A stretch of 64,000 nt of DNA, taken from NCBI GenBank assembly GCA_045533775.1, contig JAZSIK010000055.1, forward strand, positions 18,182-82,181. Reading direction: 5' to 3'. Every line of letters starts with the position of its first letter. The stretch's first letter is position 1. This stretch comes from Eubacteriales bacterium (GTDB taxonomy: Bacteria > Bacillota > Clostridia > Oscillospirales > CAG-272). A program made the position numbers and the translations under genes. The notes beneath the pieces are model-generated. The model did not search any database, was not told the DNA's origin, and worked only from the letters and a program-made list of their open reading frames with translations. Shown here piece after piece: positions 29,216 to 36,382 of the stretch.

Positions 29216-30634
29216 ATGAGCCTTATTAAAAAGGAGCTTACCGAGAAGTCCGGCTTTGTGCTGGAGTTTTCTGTAAGTCGTGAAGTTTACGCAAAAGCTG
29301 AGCTGGATGCATACAAGAAGAATGTTAAGTCCATTAACATCCCCGGCTTCAGAAAGGGCAAGGCGCCCAAGGCAATTATTGAGAAGTACTACGGCAAGGG
29401 CATCTGGTTTGAGGATGCTATCAACGCCTGCATCCCCGAGGCCTTTGAGGAGGCTGTTAAGGAGTCCGGTCTTAACATCGTTGGTCAGCCCCAGTTTGAC
29501 CTGGTATCCGACGAGGGTGATATCGTGCTCAAGGCAGTTGGCTTTGTAAAGCCCGAGGTTACTATTGAGGACTACAAGGGCATCGCAGTTGAGAAGAAGG
29601 TAGCTGAGGTTACCGACGCTGACGTTGATGCCGAGGTTGAGAACGCAAGAAAGAGAAACGCAAGAACTCTTGATGTTACCGACAGAGCTGCAGCAATGGG
29701 CGACATCGCTAACATTGACTACGAGGGCTTTGTTGACGGCGTAGCATTTGACGGCGGCAAGGGTGCAGGTCACGACCTTACTCTCGGCAGCGGTCAGTTT
29801 ATCCCCGGCTTTGAGGAGCAGATCGTTGGCAAGACCATCGGCGAGGAGTTTGATGTAAACGTATCCTTCCCCGAGGAGTATCACGCAGCAGAGCTGGCAG
29901 GCAAGGCAGCAACCTTCAAGACCAAGCTCAACGCTCTTAAGGTAGAGGAGCTCCCTGCCCTTGACGACGAGTTTGCCAAGGATGTATCCGAATTTGATAC
30001 TCTTGATGAATATAAGGCAGACATTAAGTCTAAAATGGTAAAGAGAAACGAGAACGCAGCAGAGGCTGAGGTTGAGAACGCACTCGCTGAGGCTCTTATG
30101 GAGAAGCTCGTAGCAGAGATCCCCGAGGTTATGTTTGAGACCGAGACCGAGAACTTTGTTCGTGACTATGACAACAGACTCCGTCAGAGCGGCCTTGATC
30201 TTAATACCTATATGCAGTACACCGGCCTTACTCTTGATGCACTCAGAGCGCAGATGCGTCCCCAGGCAGAGCGTCAGGTTAAGGTAAGACTCGCTCTTGA
30301 GAAGATCGCTTCTCTTGAGGCTCTCACCGTTTCCGAGGAGGAGACAAACGAGGAGTTCCAGAGAATCTCCGACGCTTACAATGTTCCCGTAGATCAGGTT
30401 AAGGCTATGATCGCTACCGAGGATCTTAACGCCGATATCCTTGTTGGCAAGGCACTCAAGCTCGTACGCGAGAACGCAAATGTTGGCGCTCCCAAGGCTA
30501 AGAAGACCACCACCAAGAAGTCCGCTACCAAGAAGGCAGAGACCGAGGGTGAGGAGGCTCCCAAGGCTAAGAAGACCACTACCAAGAAAACTACTACCAA
30601 GAAGGCTGCAAAGGCTGACGAGGCAGCAGAGTAA
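29216..30634 (+). CDS. tig: trigger factor with a Lys/Thr-rich C-terminal tail
   Basis: PGFRKGKAP ribosome-binding motif and an FKBP domain (IDYEGFVDGVAFDGG). Consensus promoter at about 29131-29159. Confidence 0.95.
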   Translation: MSLIKKELTEKSGFVLEFSVSREVYAKAELDAYKKNVKSINIPGFRKGKAPKAIIEKYYGKGIWFEDAINACIPEAFEEAVKESGLNIVGQPQFDLVSDEGDIVLKAVGFVKPEVTIEDYKGIAVEKKVAEVTDADVDAEVENARKRNARTLDVTDRAAAMGDIANIDYEGFVDGVAFDGGKGAGHDLTLGSGQFIPGFEEQIVGKTIGEEFDVNVSFPEEYHAAELAGKAATFKTKLNALKVEELPALDDEFAKDVSEFDTLDEYKADIKSKMVKRNENAAEAEVENALAEALMEKLVAEIPEVMFETETENFVRDYDNRLRQSGLDLNTYMQYTGLTLDALRAQMRPQAERQVKVRLALEKIASLEALTVSEEETNEEFQRISDAYNVPVDQVKAMIATEDLNADILVGKALKLVRENANVGAPKAKKTTTKKSATKKAETEGEEAPKAKKTTTKKTTTKKAAKADEAAE

Positions 30635-30711
30635 TTTAACAAGCATCAGCCGACGGTCAAAGGCGACTGTCGGCTGTTATTGAATATCATAAAAGAAAGG
30701 CGGTACAAATT

Positions 30712-31299
30712 ATGGCACTCGTACCCGTTGTTGTTGAGCAGACCTCAAGAGGTGAACGCTCCTATGACATTTATTCCAGACTCTTGAATGACAGAATAAT
30801 CTTCCTTGCAGACGAGGTTAATGACGTCACCGCGTCTCTGGTAGTTGCGCAGCTGCTCTACCTTGAGGCTCAGGATCCCGACAAGGACATATATCTCTAT
30901 ATCAACAGCCCCGGAGGATCTATCTCCGCAGGTATGGCGATCTACGATACTATGAATTACATCAAGTGCGATGTTTCTACCATCTGTGTAGGTATGGCGG
31001 CTTCTATGGGCGCTTTCCTTCTCTCCAGCGGTGCTAAGGGCAAGAGATTTGCTCTGCCCAACGCAGAGGTAATGATCCACCAGCCTCTCGGCGGTATGCA
31101 GGGTCAGGCATCGGATATTAAGATCCACGCAGATCACATTATCAGAATCCGCGAGAAACTGAACAAGCTCCTTGCAGAGCAGACAGGTCAGAGCCTTGAA
31201 ACCATTGAGCGCGACACCGAGCGCGACAACTTTATGACTGCGGCTGAGGCGGCAGAGTACGGCCTCGTTGACAAGGTAATCAATAAGAAGGAAATATAA
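30712..31299 (+). CDS. clpP: ATP-dependent Clp protease proteolytic subunit
   Basis: GMAASMGAF (Ser), IHQPLGG (His) and TERD (Asp). Confidence 0.97.
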   Translation: MALVPVVVEQTSRGERSYDIYSRLLNDRIIFLADEVNDVTASLVVAQLLYLEAQDPDKDIYLYINSPGGSISAGMAIYDTMNYIKCDVSTICVGMAASMGAFLLSSGAKGKRFALPNAEVMIHQPLGGMQGQASDIKIHADHIIRIREKLNKLLAEQTGQSLETIERDTERDNFMTAAEAAEYGLVDKVINKKEI

Positions 31300-31300
31300 A

Positions 31301-32635
31301 ATGGAAGACACTTCAAAGAAGCCTCTCCGTAGCTGCGCCTTTTGTGGCAGGACCGAGCGCGAGGTAGCCTTCCTCATCCCTGCTATGGATGGCAAGACCT
31401 ATATATGTGACAACTGTATAGATCTCTGCTCTGACTTTATTGAGCAGCATATGGCGAGTATGGAGGAGGAGCTTGTGGGCGAGGAGCTCAGCTTTGAAAC
31501 CCTGCCTCGTCCCAAGGAGATCAAGGCGATGCTTGACTGTCACGTTATCGGACAGGAGGATGCAAAGCTCGCTCTGTCGGTGGCGGTATACAATCACTAC
31601 AAGAGAATACTTTCCCTTGAGAAAGAGGAAAAAAAGTCTAAAAAAGGCAAAAAAGCTAAGGCAGAAACAAAAACCCAGGACGACGGCGTTGAGATCCAGA
31701 AGTCCAATGTGCTTCTGCTCGGCCCTACCGGTGTAGGTAAGACCTATATTGCACAGACCCTGGCAAAGAGCTTTAAGGTTCCCTTTGCTATCGCCGACGC
31801 CACCACTCTTACCGAGGCGGGATATGTAGGCGAGGACGTGGAGAATATCCTGCTCAGGCTTATCCAGGCTGCCGATTATGACGTAGAGCGCGCCGAGCAC
31901 GGTATTATCTACATTGACGAGATTGATAAGATCACACGCAAAAGTGAGAACCGTTCTATTACCCGAGATGTATCGGGCGAGGGTGTTCAGCAGGCGCTGC
32001 TCAAGATCCTTGAGGGCACTACGGCAAATGTACCTCCCCAGGGCGGCAGAAAGCATCCCAACCAGGAGTTTATACAGATAAACACCAAGAACATTCTCTT
32101 TATTTGCGGCGGAGCCTTTGAGGGCATTGAGTCCATCATTGAGCAGCGCAAGGGCAATCAGCAGATCGGCTTTAACACCGAGAAGCAGACCAAGCGCGAA
32201 AAGGTAGAGCGCGGCGTATACAAGGACGTTATCGCCCACGATATTATCAAATACGGCCTTATTCCCGAGCTGGTGGGCAGACTGCCGGTCATCGTCACGC
32301 TGGAAAATCTTGACGAGGATGCGCTGGTGAGAATCATCAAGGAGCCCAAGAACTCACTGGCTAAGCAGTATAAGAAGCTGCTGGCGCTTGACGGCATTGA
32401 GCTTGACTTTGAGCCCGAGGCATATCGCGCCATAGCGCACCTGGCAATTGAGCGTGAGACGGGCGCGAGAGGACTGCGCTCTATCGTTGAGGGGCTGATG
32501 ATGAAGCCTATGTTTGAGCTTCCCTCCCTTGACGGTGCGAAAAAGGTTATAATCACCGCGGGCTTTGTCAGAGGTGAGGAGGAGCTGACCGTAATTTACG
32601 ATGCCCCTGCCCTCCCCGAAGCAAAGGACGAATAA
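31301..32635 (+). CDS. clpX: ATP-dependent Clp protease ATP-binding subunit ClpX
   Basis: N-terminal CSFCG...C-x-x-C zinc finger, [17 protein letters not shown]. Confidence 0.97.
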   Translation: MEDTSKKPLRSCAFCGRTEREVAFLIPAMDGKTYICDNCIDLCSDFIEQHMASMEEELVGEELSFETLPRPKEIKAMLDCHVIGQEDAKLALSVAVYNHYKRILSLEKEEKKSKKGKKAKAETKTQDDGVEIQKSNVLLLGPTGVGKTYIAQTLAKSFKVPFAIADATTLTEAGYVGEDVENILLRLIQAADYDVERAEHGIIYIDEIDKITRKSENRSITRDVSGEGVQQALLKILEGTTANVPPQGGRKHPNQEFIQINTKNILFICGGAFEGIESIIEQRKGNQQIGFNTEKQTKREKVERGVYKDVIAHDIIKYGLIPELVGRLPVIVTLENLDEDALVRIIKEPKNSLAKQYKKLLALDGIELDFEPEAYRAIAHLAIERETGARGLRSIVEGLMMKPMFELPSLDGAKKVIITAGFVRGEEELTVIYDAPALPEAKDE

Positions 32636-32641
32636 TTAAAG

Positions 32642-32669
32642 AGCGACGGTTTTTGCCGTCGCTTTTTTA
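32642..32669. terminator. intrinsic terminator after clpX
   Basis: agcgacgg-loop-gccgtcgct followed by T6. Confidence 0.75.
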
Positions 32670-32680
32670 TAAATAAATGC

Positions 32681-33415
32681 TTATTTATTCTTTGTAAATC
32701 TACAATTAGGATAGCCCGTGCATCCCCAAAACTCATTGTTTTTTCCGTTCCTTAAAACAAGTTTCTTGCCGCAACGAGGACATATCCCCTCATCAACATT
32801 ATGTAGCATGTTTTCAACATTTTCAGTATGTTCTCTTAAAGTAATGGAGTTGTCATTGGCCGCTACGATTTCTTCGTATGCCGTTTTCATCTGATTCTCA
32901 TTGAGAACCAAAGCACCTTTGCTAATCAACGCATAAAGACCAAATAGGTCATAAACATTCGCACTCTCTATGTATTTTGTATTGCATTGTACAAAAACTA
33001 CCGCTGATGTAAGGCTGTGTTTTTCTGTTAAAAGATTGGAGATGTGGTAAGCGTGGGTTTTGTTTTGTTTAACAGGATTATAAAACTTATTCTTGACTCT
33101 GCCATAGTTCAGTACCTGAGTCCATTCAAGTTGCGATTCCTTGCCATATATTCTACCGGAATAGTTTTTAGTTTCAATAACAAAAATACCTTTATCATTT
33201 ATCAAAACATGATCAATCTGGGATGTTTTTTCTTCATCAATCCTAAGACGAAGATCGTTTATTACATATTTTTCTCCGTCCTTTGTCTTACCGATTATCA
33301 TTTTAATGATCAGTTCTCCCAGCCAACCTTTTCCTCTTGGTGTTTGAAGCAATCCTATGCATATTCCAATAATAGCAGCAACGATAAATACTACATAAAC
33401 AAATTCAATACCCAT
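32681..33415 (-). CDS. membrane-anchored NERD-domain nuclease-like protein with a C-terminal topoisomerase-type zinc ribbon
   Basis: N-terminal TM helix. IDHVLINDKGIFVIETKNYSG (D...E-x-K core of NERD). C-terminal CPRCGKKLVLR...WGCTGYPNC. Visibly AT-rich codon usage. Confidence 0.8.
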   Translation of the reverse strand: MGIEFVYVVFIVAAIIGICIGLLQTPRGKGWLGELIIKMIIGKTKDGEKYVINDLRLRIDEEKTSQIDHVLINDKGIFVIETKNYSGRIYGKESQLEWTQVLNYGRVKNKFYNPVKQNKTHAYHISNLLTEKHSLTSAVVFVQCNTKYIESANVYDLFGLYALISKGALVLNENQMKTAYEEIVAANDNSITLREHTENVENMLHNVDEGICPRCGKKLVLRNGKNNEFWGCTGYPNCRFTKNK

Positions 33416-33573
33416 TTATACCTCCATATTAAGTTACTAAAAAAACCAAGAACTATCGCAAAAATGTGCTGTGGAAAGTTATTTTTAGAGCATCATTTTT
33501 TTGCTCTTTTTATGCTTTTATTACTGATTTCCAAAATATTTTTTTGATAAGCTATAAAATTTTAAGCTATGTT

Positions 33574-33602
33574 ATTATACCACCGCATTAACTTATTGTC
33601 AA
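33574..33602 (-). promoter_or_regulatory. consensus sigma-A-type promoter for the NERD gene
   Basis: Minus strand reads TTGACA, 17 nt, (TGg)TATAAT. Confidence 0.5.
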
Positions 33603-33675
33603 CCCTCAAAAGAGTTGCTTGTGCTAATTGTACACTTTCTTAATGTTTTTTAATAATTATTTAGACATTTTTCTA

Positions 33676-33704
33676 TTGACAAGTTGGATTTTATATGGTA
33701 TATT
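33676..33704 (+). promoter_or_regulatory. near-consensus sigma-A-type promoter firing into ORF-poor DNA
   Basis: TTGACA (33676-81), 17-nt spacer, TGgTATATT extended -10 (ends at 33704). Confidence 0.55.
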
Positions 33705-33813
33705 TAAGATGAAAGGTAAAAGCGAGAAAAAGAACCGCCGAATATGCGGTCATGAGTTATATTTATAGCAATTTCTCCCTTACCAAAAATCTTAGAACAG
33801 GAGGGCCGGTCCG

Positions 33814-33912
33814 ATGCACAGTTTTGATGATCCAATCGCAAATATTTCCTGCCGCTATGCAGGATGCGAGATAGCGAGTATTTCGTGTGTGGCGGCAGGC
33901 TCTTACAACTGA
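33814..33912 (+). CDS. candidate 32-aa Cys/Ser-rich small protein MHSFDDPIANISCRYAGCEIASISCVAAGSYN
   Basis: AGGAGGG (33799-33805) lies 8 nt upstream of the ATG. Sits inside the orphan transcription unit. No homologue known to me. Confidence 0.3.
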   Translation: MHSFDDPIANISCRYAGCEIASISCVAAGSYN

Positions 33913-34125
33913 CGGCTGAGCTAACAGCCCAAAAAAACTGAATATATACGAATGGTTTATTGACGATGCTCTTTTTTAGTTTGTTGAAAAAGGATCTTCC
34001 TTTCAGAAAGAAAAGTACTTTTTACTTATATGTTGTGAGAGTTGAGTCAAATGTTTAGAACATAAATAATACTGTTGTATATGAGAACTTTACGAGGCTA
34101 TGAAGCCGAAAAATAAATAACTGTG

Positions 34126-34159
34126 CGGTTGCTTGCAGAGATGTGAGCAACCGTTTTTT
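34126..34159 (+). terminator. intrinsic terminator
   Basis: cggttgcttgca-GAGA-tgtgagcaaccg stem (12 bp including G-U pairs) followed by T6. Confidence 0.7.
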
Positions 34160-34320
34160 GTTGATTATCGCTCTTCTATCTGCGACATAGGTGGCATATC
34201 GGTCTTTTTTACCCACCGAGAGATGAGTCAGAGCCGACTATGAGCCGATTATGTGCCGAAAAAAATGTAGAGTTTTCAAGCCTTCGCGGCACTTTTTTGG
34301 AAACATTTGTGCTCCACAGG

Positions 34321-34400
34321 TAAGGATAGTATAGGATAGTAAAGTACAGGCAAGTATAGCAAAGTATAGGATAGGTCAGCAAAGCACAGGTCAGGATAAA
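34321..34400. repeat. eight degenerate tandem 10-bp units (AWAGKAYAGK-like), purine-rich on the + strand
   Basis: taaggatagt/ataggatagt/aaagtacagg/caagtatagc/aaagtatagg/ataggtcagc/aaagcacagg/tcaggataaa. AAAGYAYAGG recurs exactly every 20 bp (34341, 34361, 34381). Confidence 0.5.
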
Positions 34401-34482
34401 AAAGAAAAGGATTTATTTCTCTCTTTCTTACATACATTCATTCATAGCTTGCCTTCGGCAAGGGTGAGCAGATACAGATCCC

Positions 34483-34547
34483 AACAAAAAGGAGCCATAG
34501 GTGAAGCATACCCGATTCATACGAATACTTAGTTCACATTATGGCTC
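34483..34547 (-). terminator. intrinsic terminator of the AraC-family gene
   Basis: Minus strand: gagccata...tatggctc long hairpin followed by a T-run. Confidence 0.55.
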
Positions 34548-34576
34548 GCTTGTTTATTATGTTTGATTTGCTTTTT

Positions 34577-35410
34577 TTATTTCACCGCGCTTCTGCGGTA
34601 GGCAAGAGGGCTGGTGTTCATATACGCCTTGAATATCTTGTGGAAGTAATTCGGGCCTGAGAAGCCAACCTGCTCTGCGATCTCGTTTACAGGAGTGTCA
34701 CTCATAGTGAGCAGTCTGAGAGAGTGATTTACCTTTACGCCGTTTATGTAGTCAATAGGAGTCTTGCCTATGCTGTCCTTAAACATCTTGGTAAAATAGT
34801 CGGGTGAGAGCGCAACCATATCAGATAGGGTCTCAATATAGGTTTTCTCACTGTAATGCTCGGTGATATATTCTATAACGGGACGCAGACGCATTACATT
34901 GTGATAGATCATACGGTCAAGCTCGTTGCGGGAGCCCGCATAATAGCGGAGAATAGCCGACACAAGCAGATAGACGTTTGCCCGTACGGGAAGAAGATAG
35001 CACACATCACGGGATATAAACTCCTCATATGCCTCGCTCATATAATAGAGGATATTCTCATATATGGGATGCCCCGGCTTAAAGGTAACCGGACGGCTGC
35101 AGGACTGAACGAAGAACATATAGAATATCTCGCTGTCAAAGTTGCCCATATTCTCCTCTACAAGAGAGCGCTCAAAGGCAAGGACACGGACAGAGCCGTG
35201 ACCGCCAACCGTCTCTACCCTGAAAACAAGGGTGGGCGGAACATATATAAAATCTCCTGCCTCGGCAAGAACCACCTCGGTGCCAACAGAGACAGAGGCA
35301 CTGCCCGACGTGATCTGTATAAGCTGGTGGGCGCTCTGAGAGTAGCCCGAGTCAATTATCCCGTCGCCACCGGCGGAATAGAGCTTAATTAACATTTTAT
35401 CGTCTGCCAT
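34577..35410 (-). CDS. AraC-family transcriptional regulator (cupin-like N-terminus, HTH C-terminus)
   Basis: C-terminal LSPDYFTKMFKDSIGKTPIDYI...FSGPNYFHKIFKAYMNTSPLAYR, the dual HTH signature. Confidence 0.85.
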   Translation of the reverse strand: MADDKMLIKLYSAGGDGIIDSGYSQSAHQLIQITSGSASVSVGTEVVLAEAGDFIYVPPTLVFRVETVGGHGSVRVLAFERSLVEENMGNFDSEIFYMFFVQSCSRPVTFKPGHPIYENILYYMSEAYEEFISRDVCYLLPVRANVYLLVSAILRYYAGSRNELDRMIYHNVMRLRPVIEYITEHYSEKTYIETLSDMVALSPDYFTKMFKDSIGKTPIDYINGVKVNHSLRLLTMSDTPVNEIAEQVGFSGPNYFHKIFKAYMNTSPLAYRRSAVK

Positions 35411-35439
35411 GGGATCTCTCCCTTTCTCTCATAGTTTAA

Positions 35440-36381
35440 TTAATAGAAGGTAGCAACCTCCTGGGCGGGCTTCTCTGCCCTCTCAATTTTTGTCACGGTA
35501 AGAACGGGGCCACGACCGCCGTAGAGCTTTGAGAACTCCTCATTGAGTCTACCCTCTACGATTACCCAATCGCGTGTCTGAAGCTTCAGAGAGCCCATAC
35601 CCTTTGCGACCACGCCGCGATAGGCAATATCATCAGCGCAACAGGTCATAATATGTCTGCCGACCGCGTAGCTGCCGCCGGGGAGCGATCTGTCAAGAGC
35701 TACGATACCCTTAAAGCGTATGGTCTTGCCCATATACTTATCCATATCCTCGGTCATATCGCGGTAGAAGTAGGCAAAGTCATCGTCACCGATGGTAACA
35801 ACCGGCGCGTTTATATCAAAGGGGAGCGGATCCTCAATCTGATCAAACTCAATATCGCCGTTTGTATCCTCGTAGCAGATATTCGCCTTTCTGCTGATAC
35901 CGCGCACAAGCTTGTGCAGAGGCATCTTATCGGTGGCAGGGGTGGTGCGGTTAAACACTACCATCTCGCAGCTGGTAAGCTTGTCTACCATAAGCTGACG
36001 CATATTTGCATTATAGACAAGGGCGGTGGTGGAGTCGCAGATAAGCACCTCCTGATATACCATAAAGTTCTGCGGCAGGGCGTTGTAGAAGCGGTCAAGC
36101 ATCCACATACCGTTATACTCTACCACAATAATATCTGCTCCCGCGCGCTTCTGCATAGCCGAGAGACGGTCAACGGTTATAGACTGCTCATCGGAGAAGG
36201 AGGCAAAGCTGACATTGTCGCCAAAGTCATCGGGATAATACTCCACCTCACCCTCCTCGCAGGTGATTATAAGATACTTTCTCTTTCCGTCGTTAAAGTT
36301 GGGATCCTTCATAGTCTCGGTAATAAAGCTTGTCTTACCGCTCTCAAGGAAGCCCGTAAAAAGATATACCGGTATTTCCAT
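35440..36381 (-). CDS. COG0523-like P-loop protein lacking the CxCC motif, fused to a CC-motif C-terminal domain (DUF1980/TIGR03943-like)
   Basis: Walker A GFLESGKT. ITCEEGE stands where ENEFGE/GCxCC normally sit. C-terminal HIMTCCADDIAY is reminiscent of YcgQ-family C-terminal domains. Start uncertain (ATG 36381 versus TTG 36393). Confidence 0.55.
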   Translation of the reverse strand: MEIPVYLFTGFLESGKTSFITETMKDPNFNDGKRKYLIITCEEGEVEYYPDDFGDNVSFASFSDEQSITVDRLSAMQKRAGADIIVVEYNGMWMLDRFYNALPQNFMVYQEVLICDSTTALVYNANMRQLMVDKLTSCEMVVFNRTTPATDKMPLHKLVRGISRKANICYEDTNGDIEFDQIEDPLPFDINAPVVTIGDDDFAYFYRDMTEDMDKYMGKTIRFKGIVALDRSLPGGSYAVGRHIMTCCADDIAYRGVVAKGMGSLKLQTRDWVIVEGRLNEEFSKLYGGRGPVLTVTKIERAEKPAQEVATFY

Positions 36382-36382
36382 T

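Larger units (their letters stand above)
33711..34159 (+). ncRNA. candidate transcript of unknown family (structured 5' half; may instead be an sORF mRNA)
   Basis: Bounded by the promoter above and a strong terminator. Contains no ORF of 60 aa or more. Nested helices are visible by eye (see findings). Confidence 0.3.

Noticed and set aside
29189-30646. 485-aa ORF on the minus strand spanning all of tig.
   Set aside because: It is exactly antisense to an unmistakable trigger factor gene. The product is Leu/Ser/Gly/Cys/Val low-complexity sequence with no motifs. It stays open because the sense gene's biased codon usage avoids TTA/CTA/TCA codons, so it is a shadow ORF.
31313-32239. 308-aa minus-strand ORF inside clpX. 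Similar antisense ORFs occur at 19390-20043 (holB), 20681-21454 (ricT), 23699-24472 (lepB), 28425-29006, 35653-36600, 39080-39721 (dapB), 43333-43977 (pepF), 50634-51278 (tyrS), 51548-52144, 56540-57154, 61304-62014 and 62411-63277.
   Set aside because: All lie opposite genes with strong family signatures, and none has a recognisable motif or RBS. They are treated as shadow ORFs.
33709-33768. 19-codon ORF (MKGKSEKKNRRICGHELYL) starting at the predicted transcription start, as a possible leaderless peptide.
   Set aside because: It has no RBS and overlaps the best-supported RNA helices. There is nothing to distinguish it from chance.
33711-33930. Attempted to assign the structured RNA to tmRNA, RNase P, SRP/4.5S, 6S or common riboswitch classes.
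   Set aside because: There is no GGGG...CCACCA tRNA-like ends or tag ORF. There is no GAGGAAAGUCC RNase P core, no SRP GGAA/AGCA domain IV motif, and no L-box, T-box, TPP, SAM or B12 boxes. It is left as unknown pending a covariance-model search.
34276-34437. 53-codon minus-strand ORF (MYVRKREINPFLFYPDLCFADLSYTLLYLPVLYYPILSLPVEHKCFQKSAAKA) that overlaps the 10-bp repeats.
   Set aside because: It has no Shine-Dalgarno sequence. Its Tyr/Leu/Pro-rich periodic sequence is simply the repeat read in frame. It is kept only as an alternative to test.
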